64,000 nucleotides of DNA, from sequence record PV730299.1; one strand, 5' to 3'. A model generated the notes under the pieces. It was not told the origin of the DNA. It did no database searches and saw only the letters and a list, made by a program, of their open reading frames with translations. This document shows positions 47,327 through 56,621 of this stretch, in pieces. Position numbers and translations under genes: made by a program. This DNA comes from a phage. Position 1 is the first letter of the stretch, and the number at the start of each line of letters is the position of its first letter.

Positions 47327-47348
47327 AGGAGGCTCCGGCCTCCTTTTC
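47327..47348 (+). terminator. rho-independent terminator after rIIB-like gene
   Basis: Stem GGAGGC/GCCTCC, loop TCCG, then TTTT. Confidence 0.7.
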
Positions 47349-47534
47349 AGTTCGAAGGCGAGACCAGGGAATACTCCCACAAGAACTTTCCTCCCCGTGA
47401 AGTTCATGAACAACAGTTCGTGAAATTGTTCTGTCGCTGTGGTGGGTGTGATTTCACGGATGATGGTTACGCGATGCACGTATACTGCTGCAATTGCTGT
47501 GGTAAATACGTAACAGTCTATAGGAGAACCGAAC

Positions 47535-47960
47535 ATGGCGAAGAAACCTGAAGTCAAGAAAGTTGAAATTAAAACCGAAGCCCCAGTCGATGACATCCAG
47601 GCGAAGGAGGAAGGTGTGTTGCCTACCTACCTACAACGCGCCATCGATAACATCCCTCCAGGGGGAGACGGAGGCGTCGTCTACGCTGGCGGGTACGGTT
47701 GGGTGTGCGAATACCAAGACGGCACGAAGGAACTCCTCCAGGAGCTTCCAGGGCTGGCTGCGACCCTCAAGCGTTATGGTCGCGACAAGTTCGGCAAGCC
47801 GTTTGAAACCGGGGCTGTGATTGAAACTAACATCACAGTCGAGACTCTGAACCTGCTGGGTGAAGATGATCTCAAGTTGTTGGCTGCGCCGCTGGGTATC
47901 ACAGAAGAAGATCGCATTCAGCTGATTGCGAAGCTGATCGAAAAATTGCAGATTAAATAA
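47535..47960 (+). CDS. hypothetical protein, 141 aa
   Basis: TAGGAGA RBS. Confidence 0.55.
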   Translation: MAKKPEVKKVEIKTEAPVDDIQAKEEGVLPTYLQRAIDNIPPGGDGGVVYAGGYGWVCEYQDGTKELLQELPGLAATLKRYGRDKFGKPFETGAVIETNITVETLNLLGEDDLKLLAAPLGITEEDRIQLIAKLIEKLQIK

Positions 47961-47990
47961 GCCGACGTACAACAGCTGAACTTATTCAAT

Positions 47991-48383
47991 ATGCCTATCG
48001 TTGACGAAAGCAACTTGATGGATTATGCACTGAGGCATTATATTGTAGATTCTGTCTCGTGGGATGAACTGCTGGTAGACATTCAGCGGATTTCGCTAAT
48101 TAATCAATCATTGAAGAGATTTGTCCCTGGTAAGAGTCCTCGGTTGATTCTCAATCAATTGATTACTGTCTTCAATACGTTCGAAACAGAGGCCGCTTGC
48201 CGTATGCTCGTTTTGAAGGTGGATAAGCCCCAGTTGCCACGCCTCAAGGCTGCTTTGTTGACATTAGGCGTATGGCGCGATGATTTATGTTCCGGTTCAT
48301 ACGAACCAGATAATGAGCTGATGATGGCTCTGAACAACGATTTGGATGAGTGGAGGAAACCATGCCAACGATCACTGTATTAG
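47991..48383 (+). CDS. hypothetical protein, 130 aa
   Basis: ORF track. Confidence 0.5.
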   Translation: MPIVDESNLMDYALRHYIVDSVSWDELLVDIQRISLINQSLKRFVPGKSPRLILNQLITVFNTFETEAACRMLVLKVDKPQLPRLKAALLTLGVWRDDLCSGSYEPDNELMMALNNDLDEWRKPCQRSLY

Positions 48384-49171
48384 TAGCACCGGAAGTTGTT
48401 CGCAACAAACCGGAAACTGAGCGTCTTCACACTGTAACAGGTACTGCTCGGGGTTGGGAAAAGACCAGTCTTAACCAAGACCCAGACGAGATCCTGACTG
48501 AGTGTAAAGGTCTGGATGCACTGCTGACCAAGAGCAATTTGCAGGCCGATGGCGTCACCAAAGTGGATCCAACCAAGCCCGTTGGCTTCCAGCTGTCTTA
48601 TGAAATCCACGACCCAAGCGCTGTGCTGACCACTGGCCTGACCATCACCCCTGAAACTGCTAATGGTGAAGTCGGTCAGGTTGTTGAACTGAAGGCGGTC
48701 GTCGCTCCGGAGAACGCGACCTACCAGGGTGTCAACTGGTACTCTGGCGATCTGACCAAAGCTGTGCACATCGGTGGTGGTAAATTCAAGCTGCTGGCGC
48801 CGGGTTCAGTGACTGTTTACGGTGTAACCATCGAAGGTGACCACACTGACTCTACCGTCATCACAGTGGCTGGCGCTCTGTCTCTGTCTACCGATCTGGC
48901 TGCTTCTCAGGATGTAACAACAGGTGAATCCGCAACCTTCACCATCGCTGCTACAGGCGGCACTACCCCATACACACATACTTGGTACTTCTCTGATGTC
49001 CCTGGTGGTGAAGGTGAGGTGATCGATGCTGGCACTAACCCCACTGCTGCAACTGCGAGCCTGGTTATCACTACAGTTGCTGCCGAAAACGAGGGTGAGT
49101 ACTGGTGTGTTGTTGAAGACGCTGACGGCCACTCTGTGACCTCTACTCGTTGCGAAATGGCTGCGGTCTAA
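48362..49171 (+). CDS. Ig-like domain protein (Hoc-like / Big_2-like)
   Basis: Ig-like segments GQVVELKAVVAPENATYQGVNWYSGD and ENEGEYWCVVEDADG; GGAGGA RBS. Confidence 0.55.
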   Translation: MPTITVLVAPEVVRNKPETERLHTVTGTARGWEKTSLNQDPDEILTECKGLDALLTKSNLQADGVTKVDPTKPVGFQLSYEIHDPSAVLTTGLTITPETANGEVGQVVELKAVVAPENATYQGVNWYSGDLTKAVHIGGGKFKLLAPGSVTVYGVTIEGDHTDSTVITVAGALSLSTDLAASQDVTTGESATFTIAATGGTTPYTHTWYFSDVPGGEGEVIDAGTNPTAATASLVITTVAAENEGEYWCVVEDADGHSVTSTRCEMAAV

Positions 49172-49173
49172 TC

Positions 49174-49407
49174 ATGAAAGGCTTCCAGGACTTCCTTGAA
49201 GACTCAGTAGCCCCTGGAACCACGACCGCCGATGTGGGGAAACCCGAAGGCGGTATGGTGAAAGAGCCTGTCAAGAAGCCCAAGGATCTTGAGGAAGAAC
49301 AAGAGCAGACCTCCTTCCAAAAGATCTTTGGAAACATCTTCAAAGACCTCGACCTGAAGAATGCGCGAAAGTGGAACTTCAGGACAGGCAAATATGAAGA
49401 GGAATGA
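49174..49407 (+). CDS. hypothetical protein, 77 aa
   Basis: Start set to ATG after upstream stop; terminator downstream. Confidence 0.4.
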   Translation: MKGFQDFLEDSVAPGTTTADVGKPEGGMVKEPVKKPKDLEEEQEQTSFQKIFGNIFKDLDLKNARKWNFRTGKYEEE

Positions 49408-49437
49408 GCCATGAACGCGATGATCATGGGTTAACAA

Positions 49438-49458
49438 AAGAGGCTCCGGCCTCTTTTT
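49438..49458 (+). terminator. rho-independent terminator
   Basis: Stem GAGGC/GCCTC, loop TCCG, then TTTTT. Confidence 0.7.
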
Positions 49459-49525
49459 CATTTCCAGCATTTGGTGTATAATGGACCCGTTCCCCATGAG
49501 CGGAACCTAACTGAGGATACACCAA

Positions 49526-50026
49526 ATGAAATCCATGGTCAAACGTAAAGTCGAAATCTCCCTGACTGCCCATATTGAAATGGTCCAACAACTTATCCTG
49601 GATGCGTATGAAATCCAGAAAGATCGCCAATCGAGGGGAGGTGTGACGGACCCCACCTGTCCTGGAAACATACTGTACTATCGCATGCTGCGCCAGACTG
49701 GGCACACCGCCGCGCTGAAGAAGATTCTGTCCTATGATTTCCAGACAGAGAACAACCTCAACATCATGGGTGTCTTCCATAGCGTTAGTGAACGCGATTC
49801 TTTCTTCCGCTCCCGAGCAGGCGCGGATGTATCATTACCCGATGTAGACAAGAAACAGCACACGACAACCATCTCCCATTACATGGGCACGGGCATCGAT
49901 AAAGCAAACATCATCGTGTTCTCTGATACGTTGCATGACCCCAAGCGCCTTGCATCTGCGCATGAAATGCTGCGGGAAGGCCGCAGCGCCCTCACTAATT
50001 TGACTTTAGTAGTGTTTCTGGGCTAG
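49526..50026 (+). CDS. hypothetical protein, 166 aa
   Basis: GAGGA RBS. Confidence 0.5.
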   Translation: MKSMVKRKVEISLTAHIEMVQQLILDAYEIQKDRQSRGGVTDPTCPGNILYYRMLRQTGHTAALKKILSYDFQTENNLNIMGVFHSVSERDSFFRSRAGADVSLPDVDKKQHTTTISHYMGTGIDKANIIVFSDTLHDPKRLASAHEMLREGRSALTNLTLVVFLG

Positions 50027-50035
50027 ATAGTTACA

Positions 50036-50057
50036 GGGGAGTTTCCTCCCCTATTTC
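50036..50057 (+). terminator. hairpin terminator
   Basis: Stem GGGGA/TCCCC, loop GTTTCC, then TATTTCCC. Confidence 0.5.
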
Positions 50058-50075
50058 CCTAACAGGAGGTGCGCA

Positions 50076-50273
50076 ATGTACAAGTTCAGAATTAACAGAG
50101 AACGTAATTCGTTCAAATTCGGTGTAATCGCTGGGGTGTGTTTGTTCCTGGCGCTCGAAAGCGTTATCGGCCTGCTTACAACACCACAAATGCAGGTGAC
50201 TCGTTACCTTCTTGCCATTATATTTTCTGTTGTCGGTTTACTCTGCTCCTATTTGGGGTGTGTGAAGAAATAA
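50076..50273 (+). CDS. small membrane protein, 65 aa
   Basis: AGGAGG RBS; two hydrophobic helices. Confidence 0.5.
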   Translation: MYKFRINRERNSFKFGVIAGVCLFLALESVIGLLTTPQMQVTRYLLAIIFSVVGLLCSYLGCVKK

Positions 50274-50315
50274 ACTGGCTGCACACAGCAATACTTTGAT
50301 TTGAGAAACTACATC

Positions 50316-50804
50316 ATGATGCTGTTAATGAGCGTTCCACAGAACAAGATGACCCCTGCAACAGAGGGTAAGAATCACTTCAACATCTACAGCCGGAGCC
50401 AGACGGAACTCGGGCGCTTCCTCTCGCATTTTACCCATCATCCAATGACTACCCATGAACATGGTGTGTTTAACTCCATGGAGGGGTACTGGTATTGGCT
50501 GAAGTATAGGGATGACAACCTGCGCCTGCTCGACGGTTATGAGGCCAAGCAATATGGACAGGGATTGGCGGCTTCCCGCGTCATTGTCCTGGATCCGTCT
50601 ACCGAAGAATTCAAGCGCGATATCCTATTTGCAACTAGCATGAAACTCCAGACAATGCCTGAACGTCTGAAGATCAGATTGGCTTACAGTCGCCTACCCC
50701 TGATCCATGCATATGTTCAGAACGGGAAATACAGTTTTCAAAACTCTATGGACTATATCATTGCCCACATTAATCGTCTCCGCATACAAGGAACTTTGAA
50801 ATGA
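50316..50804 (+). CDS. NADAR (YbiA/DUF1768-like) domain protein, candidate ADP-ribosyl hydrolase
   Basis: HFNIYSRS ... LSHF ... FNSMEGYWYWLKY pattern resembles the NADAR signature; ORF-track start is TTG, start uncertain. Confidence 0.5.
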   Translation: MMLLMSVPQNKMTPATEGKNHFNIYSRSQTELGRFLSHFTHHPMTTHEHGVFNSMEGYWYWLKYRDDNLRLLDGYEAKQYGQGLAASRVIVLDPSTEEFKRDILFATSMKLQTMPERLKIRLAYSRLPLIHAYVQNGKYSFQNSMDYIIAHINRLRIQGTLK

Positions 50805-51382
50805 AATTTCTACACACTATCGTCGACACTTCTTATGACTGCACTGCTCATACCCCAGACCGTTCGCCTGTGTTTGTTCTGAACAAACTAGGTGAAGAGA
50901 TCTGTGAACTGTCTGATGTGTTTCATGGCATAGTATCTTCCGAGCCGTTGAATGGCGAAGTTGCTGATGTCATTATCTCTGCTATTGACCTTCTGTACGT
51001 CATGGATTATGACGACGTCCAAATGCGCGGCTCTATGAACAAGGCCGAAATGATCGACTCTGTCATCAACCACATGGCGACAGTGAACGATATTTCTTCT
51101 AATCTGTTGGAAGAAGACTGGTTCCGTCTGATTGATCGTGATCCTCAAAAGCATCTGAATCTTATTCATCACTATCATGGCCGGATTATCCGATTGTGCA
51201 ACCAGCCTTATCGCAGTCAAGACAGATTGGATCATCTTGTCAATGACCTAATCAAGCATGTTGCGCGCATGGGGTGTGGGGAAGGGGCGATCCGTGGATC
51301 CTCTTTGATGGCCACTCGCATTAAAGTGGAGCACGCTATTGAACACAAGGTTGAAAAGTGGCGTAGCAAATTTGGTCTATAA
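50801..51382 (+). CDS. MazG-like all-alpha nucleoside triphosphate pyrophosphohydrolase
   Basis: NKLGEEICELSDV and GEVADVIISAIDLLYVM resemble EExxE / ELADV motifs; ATGA overlap. Confidence 0.5.
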   Translation: MKFLHTIVDTSYDCTAHTPDRSPVFVLNKLGEEICELSDVFHGIVSSEPLNGEVADVIISAIDLLYVMDYDDVQMRGSMNKAEMIDSVINHMATVNDISSNLLEEDWFRLIDRDPQKHLNLIHHYHGRIIRLCNQPYRSQDRLDHLVNDLIKHVARMGCGEGAIRGSSLMATRIKVEHAIEHKVEKWRSKFGL

Positions 51383-51431
51383 GCCGACCCCATACATAAT
51401 CTTGTGTGTTTACCATTGACGGGATAGGCCG

Positions 51432-53342
51432 ATGTCCAACAAAATTGATATTGAACGCAAGTACAAGAAGCTCACTCACGTTGAGCATATCCTACTCCGC
51501 CCAGAGCGTCATCTGGGCAGTATTCGTTCGTCTGTGGGGACGGTGTGGGTGTATGACCCAACTAAGGATAAAGTCATCTTCCGTGACAACTTTGAGTACT
51601 CCCCCGCGCTGATCAAACAGTTTGATGAAATTATCACCAACTGTGTTGACCACAGCAAGACCCCTGAGGGCAAATCCCTGACGGAAATCACCGTCACAGT
51701 TTCCCCGATGAACGGTCAAATCATCGTTGCTGACAACGGGGGTATCCCTGTGGTCAAGCATGGCGTCACCAACGAGTGGCTTCCTGAAATGTTGTTCGGC
51801 TCTCTATATGCGGGATCGAACTTCAACGACGAAGACGAAGAGTACAACAACCAGAAGTCCGGTGGTCAGAATGGCGAAGGGGCGTCCCTCGTCAACGTGT
51901 TCTCCAAATGGTTCCGCGTCACGACTAATGACGGCAAGAAGTCTTATACTCAGACGTTTGAAGACAACATGAGCAAGAAATCTAACCCAGTCATCAGCAA
52001 CGTGAACAGTCCTGGCACATCCATCGCCTGGATCCCTGACTATGCTCGTCTAGGCGTCAAAGGACTTGACCAGAACAACCTGCTGATGATCTATCGCCGC
52101 GCGTTTGAAGTGGCTGCGTGTAACCCGCGCCTGAAGATTGTTCTCAACGGGAAGCAAATCCGGATTGACCGCTTTGGCCACTTCGTTGATTACTTCCATG
52201 CTGGCTCGGCTGTTGACGAAACCGGGGATTGGTCTGTTGCTGTAGCCCCTTCATCCGGTACGTTCATGCACGCATCATACGTGAACTCTATTGCCACCCA
52301 CATCGGTGGTCCTCACGTTGATTATGTTGCCGACCAGATCGTGGCAGCGATTCGTCCCCAGCTGGTGAAGAAGTTCAAGACCGAACTGAAGCCAGCAATG
52401 ATCAAGAACCACATGTCCTTGTTCATCGCTGCCGACATCAACAACCCGCGCTTTGACAGCCAGACCAAGGAGCGCATGACCACTCCTGTCAGCCAGTTCG
52501 GTACGTCGTACAAGCCCAGTGATAAACTCATCCGCAAGGCGCTTGAGTTCGTTATGGCTGGTCTGAGCAAAGAACTGGCTTCCCTGCGCAATGAGCAGGA
52601 TGATGCTGAGTTTGAAAAGGCCAAGAAGGACATCAGCAAGCGGGATTATCGTGAGATTGAGAAGTATTACCCGGCGACCGCCCGTGGTGACCGCAGCGGA
52701 TGCTCCCTGTTGCTGACAGAGGGTGATAGTGCCTCCAATCCTATCCTGAACGCCCGCGACACCAAGAAGATCGGGTTGTTCCCGCTTCGTGGTAAGTTCA
52801 TCAACTGCCTGAACGCCCCGCGCTCAAAGGTGATGAACAATGAAGAGTTCAAGAACCTGTGTACGATCCATGGCGGCGCAGTGCCAGGCCAGCCCCTTGA
52901 TATCACCCGTTACCCACAGACTGTTGTGGCTACCGATGCGGACGATGACGGCATCCACATCCGTGGGTTGTTGATCACCCTGTATTGCACCTACTGGCCG
53001 GAGTACGTCCGTCAGGGCAGGCTGAAGCTCCTGCGCACCCCTTACATGCGTGTGTGGTGTGGTAAGGTGATGCATGAGTTCATGAACAACGCAGAGTATG
53101 AGGAGTTCCTGAAGACGCCTGATGCCAAGAAGATCACGAAGAAGAAATATCTGAAAGGTCTGGGTGGTAACAGCACTGAAGACTTCAAACGTATTCTAAA
53201 CAACCTGGATGCGTATACTACGACGGTCACGCTGGACGATGGTTATCAACAGTCACTGAAGAATGGCTTCGGTGATGAGGCCGCCGATTACCGCAAAACC
53301 TGGTTTAGCGATGTTTGCCTGTTTGAAACTGAGGATGAATAA
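51432..53342 (+). CDS. DNA topoisomerase II large subunit, fused T4 gp39+gp60-like
   Basis: N-terminal LTHVEHILLRPERHLGS and FDEIITNCVDHS resemble the T4 gp39 N-terminus; 636 aa matches the fused form. Confidence 0.9.
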   Translation: MSNKIDIERKYKKLTHVEHILLRPERHLGSIRSSVGTVWVYDPTKDKVIFRDNFEYSPALIKQFDEIITNCVDHSKTPEGKSLTEITVTVSPMNGQIIVADNGGIPVVKHGVTNEWLPEMLFGSLYAGSNFNDEDEEYNNQKSGGQNGEGASLVNVFSKWFRVTTNDGKKSYTQTFEDNMSKKSNPVISNVNSPGTSIAWIPDYARLGVKGLDQNNLLMIYRRAFEVAACNPRLKIVLNGKQIRIDRFGHFVDYFHAGSAVDETGDWSVAVAPSSGTFMHASYVNSIATHIGGPHVDYVADQIVAAIRPQLVKKFKTELKPAMIKNHMSLFIAADINNPRFDSQTKERMTTPVSQFGTSYKPSDKLIRKALEFVMAGLSKELASLRNEQDDAEFEKAKKDISKRDYREIEKYYPATARGDRSGCSLLLTEGDSASNPILNARDTKKIGLFPLRGKFINCLNAPRSKVMNNEEFKNLCTIHGGAVPGQPLDITRYPQTVVATDADDDGIHIRGLLITLYCTYWPEYVRQGRLKLLRTPYMRVWCGKVMHEFMNNAEYEEFLKTPDAKKITKKKYLKGLGGNSTEDFKRILNNLDAYTTTVTLDDGYQQSLKNGFGDEAADYRKTWFSDVCLFETEDE

Positions 53343-53343
53343 G

Positions 53344-54675
53344 ATGGTTGCTAAGAGCATTACTGTAACGGACTTTGTCAACACTGACCATAAGCAGTTT
53401 TCTGTGGTCAACAGCATCCGTCAAATCCCTCAGCTGATTGACAGCCTCAAGCCAAGCCAGCGCAAGATCCTTTTCGCTGCTCTTGAGTACAACAAGGAGG
53501 AGATTGTTGACCGCCTTGGTATGTTCGCCGCCGCTCGCACCAACTACAAGTCTGGTGGGGAGAATATGAGCGGCACTATCGTGAACATGGCTCAGGGGTT
53601 CCCAGGCACGAACAACATCCCGTACTTTGACCGCGATGGCCAGTTTGGTTCTATCATGGGGCGTGATGCTTCATCTGCCCGATACATATCCGTCGCTGTA
53701 TCTGACGTTATCCGTAAGATCTTCCGCAAGGAGGATGAGGGTATCTTGGAATACAACTACCTTGGTGAAGAAAGGCTGGAGCCGAAGTTCTTTCTGCCCA
53801 TCCTACCCATGTTCCTGGTGAATGGGATCAATGGTATCGGCACCGGATATTCCACCGACACCCCGTGTCATTGCGTTAAGTCCGTGCTCAGTGCCCTGAG
53901 AGCGCTTCTCCGTGGCGAAGACCCGAAAGACTTAAAACCGTACTGGAACGGCTTCAAAGGAGAGACAGGCTATACTGAGGAAGGAAGAGCATACAGTCGC
54001 GGCATCTTCCGTCGCGTCAATGCCACGACCCTGCATATCACCGAAGTCCCAGTGGGTTGGTTCGCCAAAACCTATGAGACCAAGGTGTTGCTGCCTCTGT
54101 ACAAGGCAGGTATCCTCACCGAGTACGCCAACGACACGACGGAAGATGGCTGGGATATCACGGTTGTGTTTAAGCGCGGCGAACTCTCTAAGCTGAGTGA
54201 CGAGCAGGTTGAGCAGATGTTCAAGCTGTATTCAGCCACCAAGCCTGTTTGGACGGCATGGGATGAAGACGGTGTTATTCATCGTTATTCTGGTTGGCGG
54301 GACATGTTGCTGCCGTTCTTCAATTATCGCCTGTCACGGTACGAAGACCGTCGCCAGTATCTGTTGAAGGACATGGCAGACAGGATCCGCAAGCTGGGTG
54401 ACCGGGCGGTGTTCATTGAATGGGCGACGCGTGTTGATCTCCGCCAAAAGATTGACGTGCTGAAGTCTCTGTTCATGCAGGATTACCCGGACTTTGGTGG
54501 TGATCTTGACGAGTTGTTCAAGATGCCTCTGTCGTCTATTACTCTGGACGCCCGTGAGCGCCTACTGAAGCAGATTGAGAACCTTGAAGCACAGCACAAG
54601 GAATTAAGTAAGAAAGAGGATATCGATCTTTACACTGAAGACCTTGATGACCTTGAAAAGGCTCTTGGCCTATAA
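53344..54675 (+). CDS. DNA topoisomerase II medium subunit, T4 gp52-like
   Basis: LKPSQRKILFAA, DGQFGS ... SSARYISV and FFLPILPMFLVNGINGIGTGYST align with gp52 motifs; start set to ATG 53344 after gp39-like stop. Confidence 0.9.
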   Translation: MVAKSITVTDFVNTDHKQFSVVNSIRQIPQLIDSLKPSQRKILFAALEYNKEEIVDRLGMFAAARTNYKSGGENMSGTIVNMAQGFPGTNNIPYFDRDGQFGSIMGRDASSARYISVAVSDVIRKIFRKEDEGILEYNYLGEERLEPKFFLPILPMFLVNGINGIGTGYSTDTPCHCVKSVLSALRALLRGEDPKDLKPYWNGFKGETGYTEEGRAYSRGIFRRVNATTLHITEVPVGWFAKTYETKVLLPLYKAGILTEYANDTTEDGWDITVVFKRGELSKLSDEQVEQMFKLYSATKPVWTAWDEDGVIHRYSGWRDMLLPFFNYRLSRYEDRRQYLLKDMADRIRKLGDRAVFIEWATRVDLRQKIDVLKSLFMQDYPDFGGDLDELFKMPLSSITLDARERLLKQIENLEAQHKELSKKEDIDLYTEDLDDLEKALGL

Positions 54676-54716
54676 CATCGGAGGGGTTCGCCCCTCCTCA
54701 CCTGGAGGGTTGCGCT

Positions 54717-55004
54717 ATGTTCTATCTCCGTTCTGCAGCACCTGTGGTATTCATCATTATCCTATTTGATTTCCTGGTTCCTCGCTTTATCAAAGAGGAG
54801 GTAGCGTTTGGTCTCTATGGTGAGACGGAAGACCCAGAGGTCGATGAATATTACCCAATGTGCGCCCTGAAAGATATCGAGGAAGGGGAAGATGTTTCAA
54901 TGGTCGGCACCATGCGTTCTTTCAACCTGTTCGGGATTGCACTCTTTCCGAAACTAGTTGGTGAACTGCGCCCCTACGTTCCTGAAGCCACTGTAGACGG
55001 TTGA
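54717..55004 (+). CDS. hypothetical protein, 95 aa
   Basis: GGAGGG RBS. Confidence 0.5.
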   Translation: MFYLRSAAPVVFIIILFDFLVPRFIKEEVAFGLYGETEDPEVDEYYPMCALKDIEEGEDVSMVGTMRSFNLFGIALFPKLVGELRPYVPEATVDG

Positions 55005-55039
55005 TCGTAACATAGCTTCTGAGTCCTAAACTTCTGCCT

Positions 55040-55318
55040 ATGGATGATTCCTTGTATTTTCATTGTCCTGGGTGTGGTATACTTCATCTATATCGCATTA
55101 AGGGCGAAGCCCAAGGTCCGATGTGGATGTGGAACAACAATGTTATTGAGCCTACGTTCACACCGAGCCTGCTGGTGAATGCAACCGATCCAGCATTATT
55201 TTGCCATCTGTTCCTGACCGACGGCAAAATACAATTCCTCGGCGACTGTTTCCATGATCTGAAGAACCAGACAGTGGATATGGTCGACATCTCTGAACCT
55301 GAAATTTGGATTGAATAG
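55040..55318 (+). CDS. small Cys/His-rich (zinc-binding?) protein, 92 aa
   Basis: HCPGCG near N-terminus with later FCH and CFH. Confidence 0.5.
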   Translation: MDDSLYFHCPGCGILHLYRIKGEAQGPMWMWNNNVIEPTFTPSLLVNATDPALFCHLFLTDGKIQFLGDCFHDLKNQTVDMVDISEPEIWIE

Positions 55319-55321
55319 ATT

Positions 55322-55732
55322 ATGAAATTACTGGGATATTTTCGTGAACTCCCAACGGGCACTGAAGGCAAGTTGTTCTCACAGGTGAAGGGGGATGACA
55401 TCGGTGATACGATGATTCCATTGTACACTCGTGAACTTCCTGCCGAAGGTGCCTGGGAGCGCCGTGTGGTCGCTGCCGCCAACAAATATGGTGACGTGAT
55501 CGTCGTTGCTGACCGTCACCACAGCCGATTCATGAACAGCCAGCTCAAGATCCTGAAAGAAGCAGGCGTCATTAAATCCATCCATACCCGCGAACAGGGC
55601 TTCATCGACAACCAGGGCAACTTCCTCACTCGTGAAGAGGCGTGCATCGTAGCCCGTGAAGCTGGACAGATTAATCAGGTGCGCCTGAAGACAACCCCTT
55701 TCCGAGAACTCTTTTCCGAAGACCTCTATTGA
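55322..55732 (+). CDS. hypothetical protein, 136 aa
   Basis: ORF track; hairpin downstream. Confidence 0.55.
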   Translation: MKLLGYFRELPTGTEGKLFSQVKGDDIGDTMIPLYTRELPAEGAWERRVVAAANKYGDVIVVADRHHSRFMNSQLKILKEAGVIKSIHTREQGFIDNQGNFLTREEACIVAREAGQINQVRLKTTPFRELFSEDLY

Positions 55733-55739
55733 AGAAAAA

Positions 55740-55757
55740 GGCGGTATTATTACCGCC
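55740..55757 (+). terminator. hairpin, terminator-like (weak U-tract)
   Basis: Stem GGCGGTA/TACCGCC, loop TTAT. Confidence 0.4.
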
Positions 55758-55782
55758 TCGACCCCTTGTTTGGTAACATCAA

Positions 55783-56025
55783 ATGAGCCCAGAATTTGAA
55801 AATCTGTTCGAGCGATGCTTCGAACCAGGTTCTGTGTCCGGTTACATGGACCGCCTTTGCACTGCCATTGTAATACGCCTTGCTGCCAAGGGTATCGTTG
55901 TCAACACCATTATCCGCAATGGGAACAACTTTATCATGCAGATGACTGATTATCACCGCCGCACAGGCATCATCCAGGTGTCATGTGTTGACAACAGCAT
56001 TATTGAATGGAGACAGTACGCATGA
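55783..56025 (+). CDS. hypothetical protein, 80 aa
   Basis: ORF track; ATGA-coupled to macro domain gene. Confidence 0.45.
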   Translation: MSPEFENLFERCFEPGSVSGYMDRLCTAIVIRLAAKGIVVNTIIRNGNNFIMQMTDYHRRTGIIQVSCVDNSIIEWRQYA

Positions 56026-56621
56026 CAACCTATGTAATCAATGGCGGCGATTTACTGAAAGCCGCCTGTAGTTTCAATCTGATCGACATCTTTGCCCACG
56101 GTGCCAACTGTTGGTCTACCATGGGCGCGGGCATTGCTCTGCACATCGGTAACAACTTCCCAGCCCTGCGTGAAGTCGATGCGAACGACCCTCGTGGTCC
56201 AGAGCAACGCCTGGGTGGTATGTCCTATGCATTTGACCACAGCAAGGGCGTTTGGGGCGCGAACCTCTACACTCAGTTTTATCCAGGTCCGAACGCTCGA
56301 ATGCCGTCAGTCATCAGTTCTGTTCAGACCCTGTTTGAGCAGGTGCATGAAATTGTGGAAGCAACTAAAGACGAAACTGTCTATGTCGGCCTGCCTGCTG
56401 TCGGCTGTGGCATTGGTGGCCTGAACCTCTACAGTGTAGTGCGCCATATCAATCGAATCTCTGAAAGCGTGTATGAAGAGACCCGCCGTCGTGTCGTCCC
56501 AGTCTTCTATATCAGGGAAGGAGACGGGTTCGATGATGATCTGATGGAACTTTCTCATCTGGACACAGAAAGTATCATGATTGTCGAAGATGAGCAAGAA
56601 ATCATCGACGAGGAGGCGTAA
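56022..56621 (+). CDS. macro domain protein (ADP-ribose binding / hydrolysis)
   Basis: DIFAHGANCWSTMGAGIA aligns with macro motif VNAAN-x-L-x-GGGV-x-GAI; later VGLPAVGCGIGG; start at ATG 56022 overlapping upstream stop. Confidence 0.55.
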   Translation: MTTYVINGGDLLKAACSFNLIDIFAHGANCWSTMGAGIALHIGNNFPALREVDANDPRGPEQRLGGMSYAFDHSKGVWGANLYTQFYPGPNARMPSVISSVQTLFEQVHEIVEATKDETVYVGLPAVGCGIGGLNLYSVVRHINRISESVYEETRRRVVPVFYIREGDGFDDDLMELSHLDTESIMIVEDEQEIIDEEA

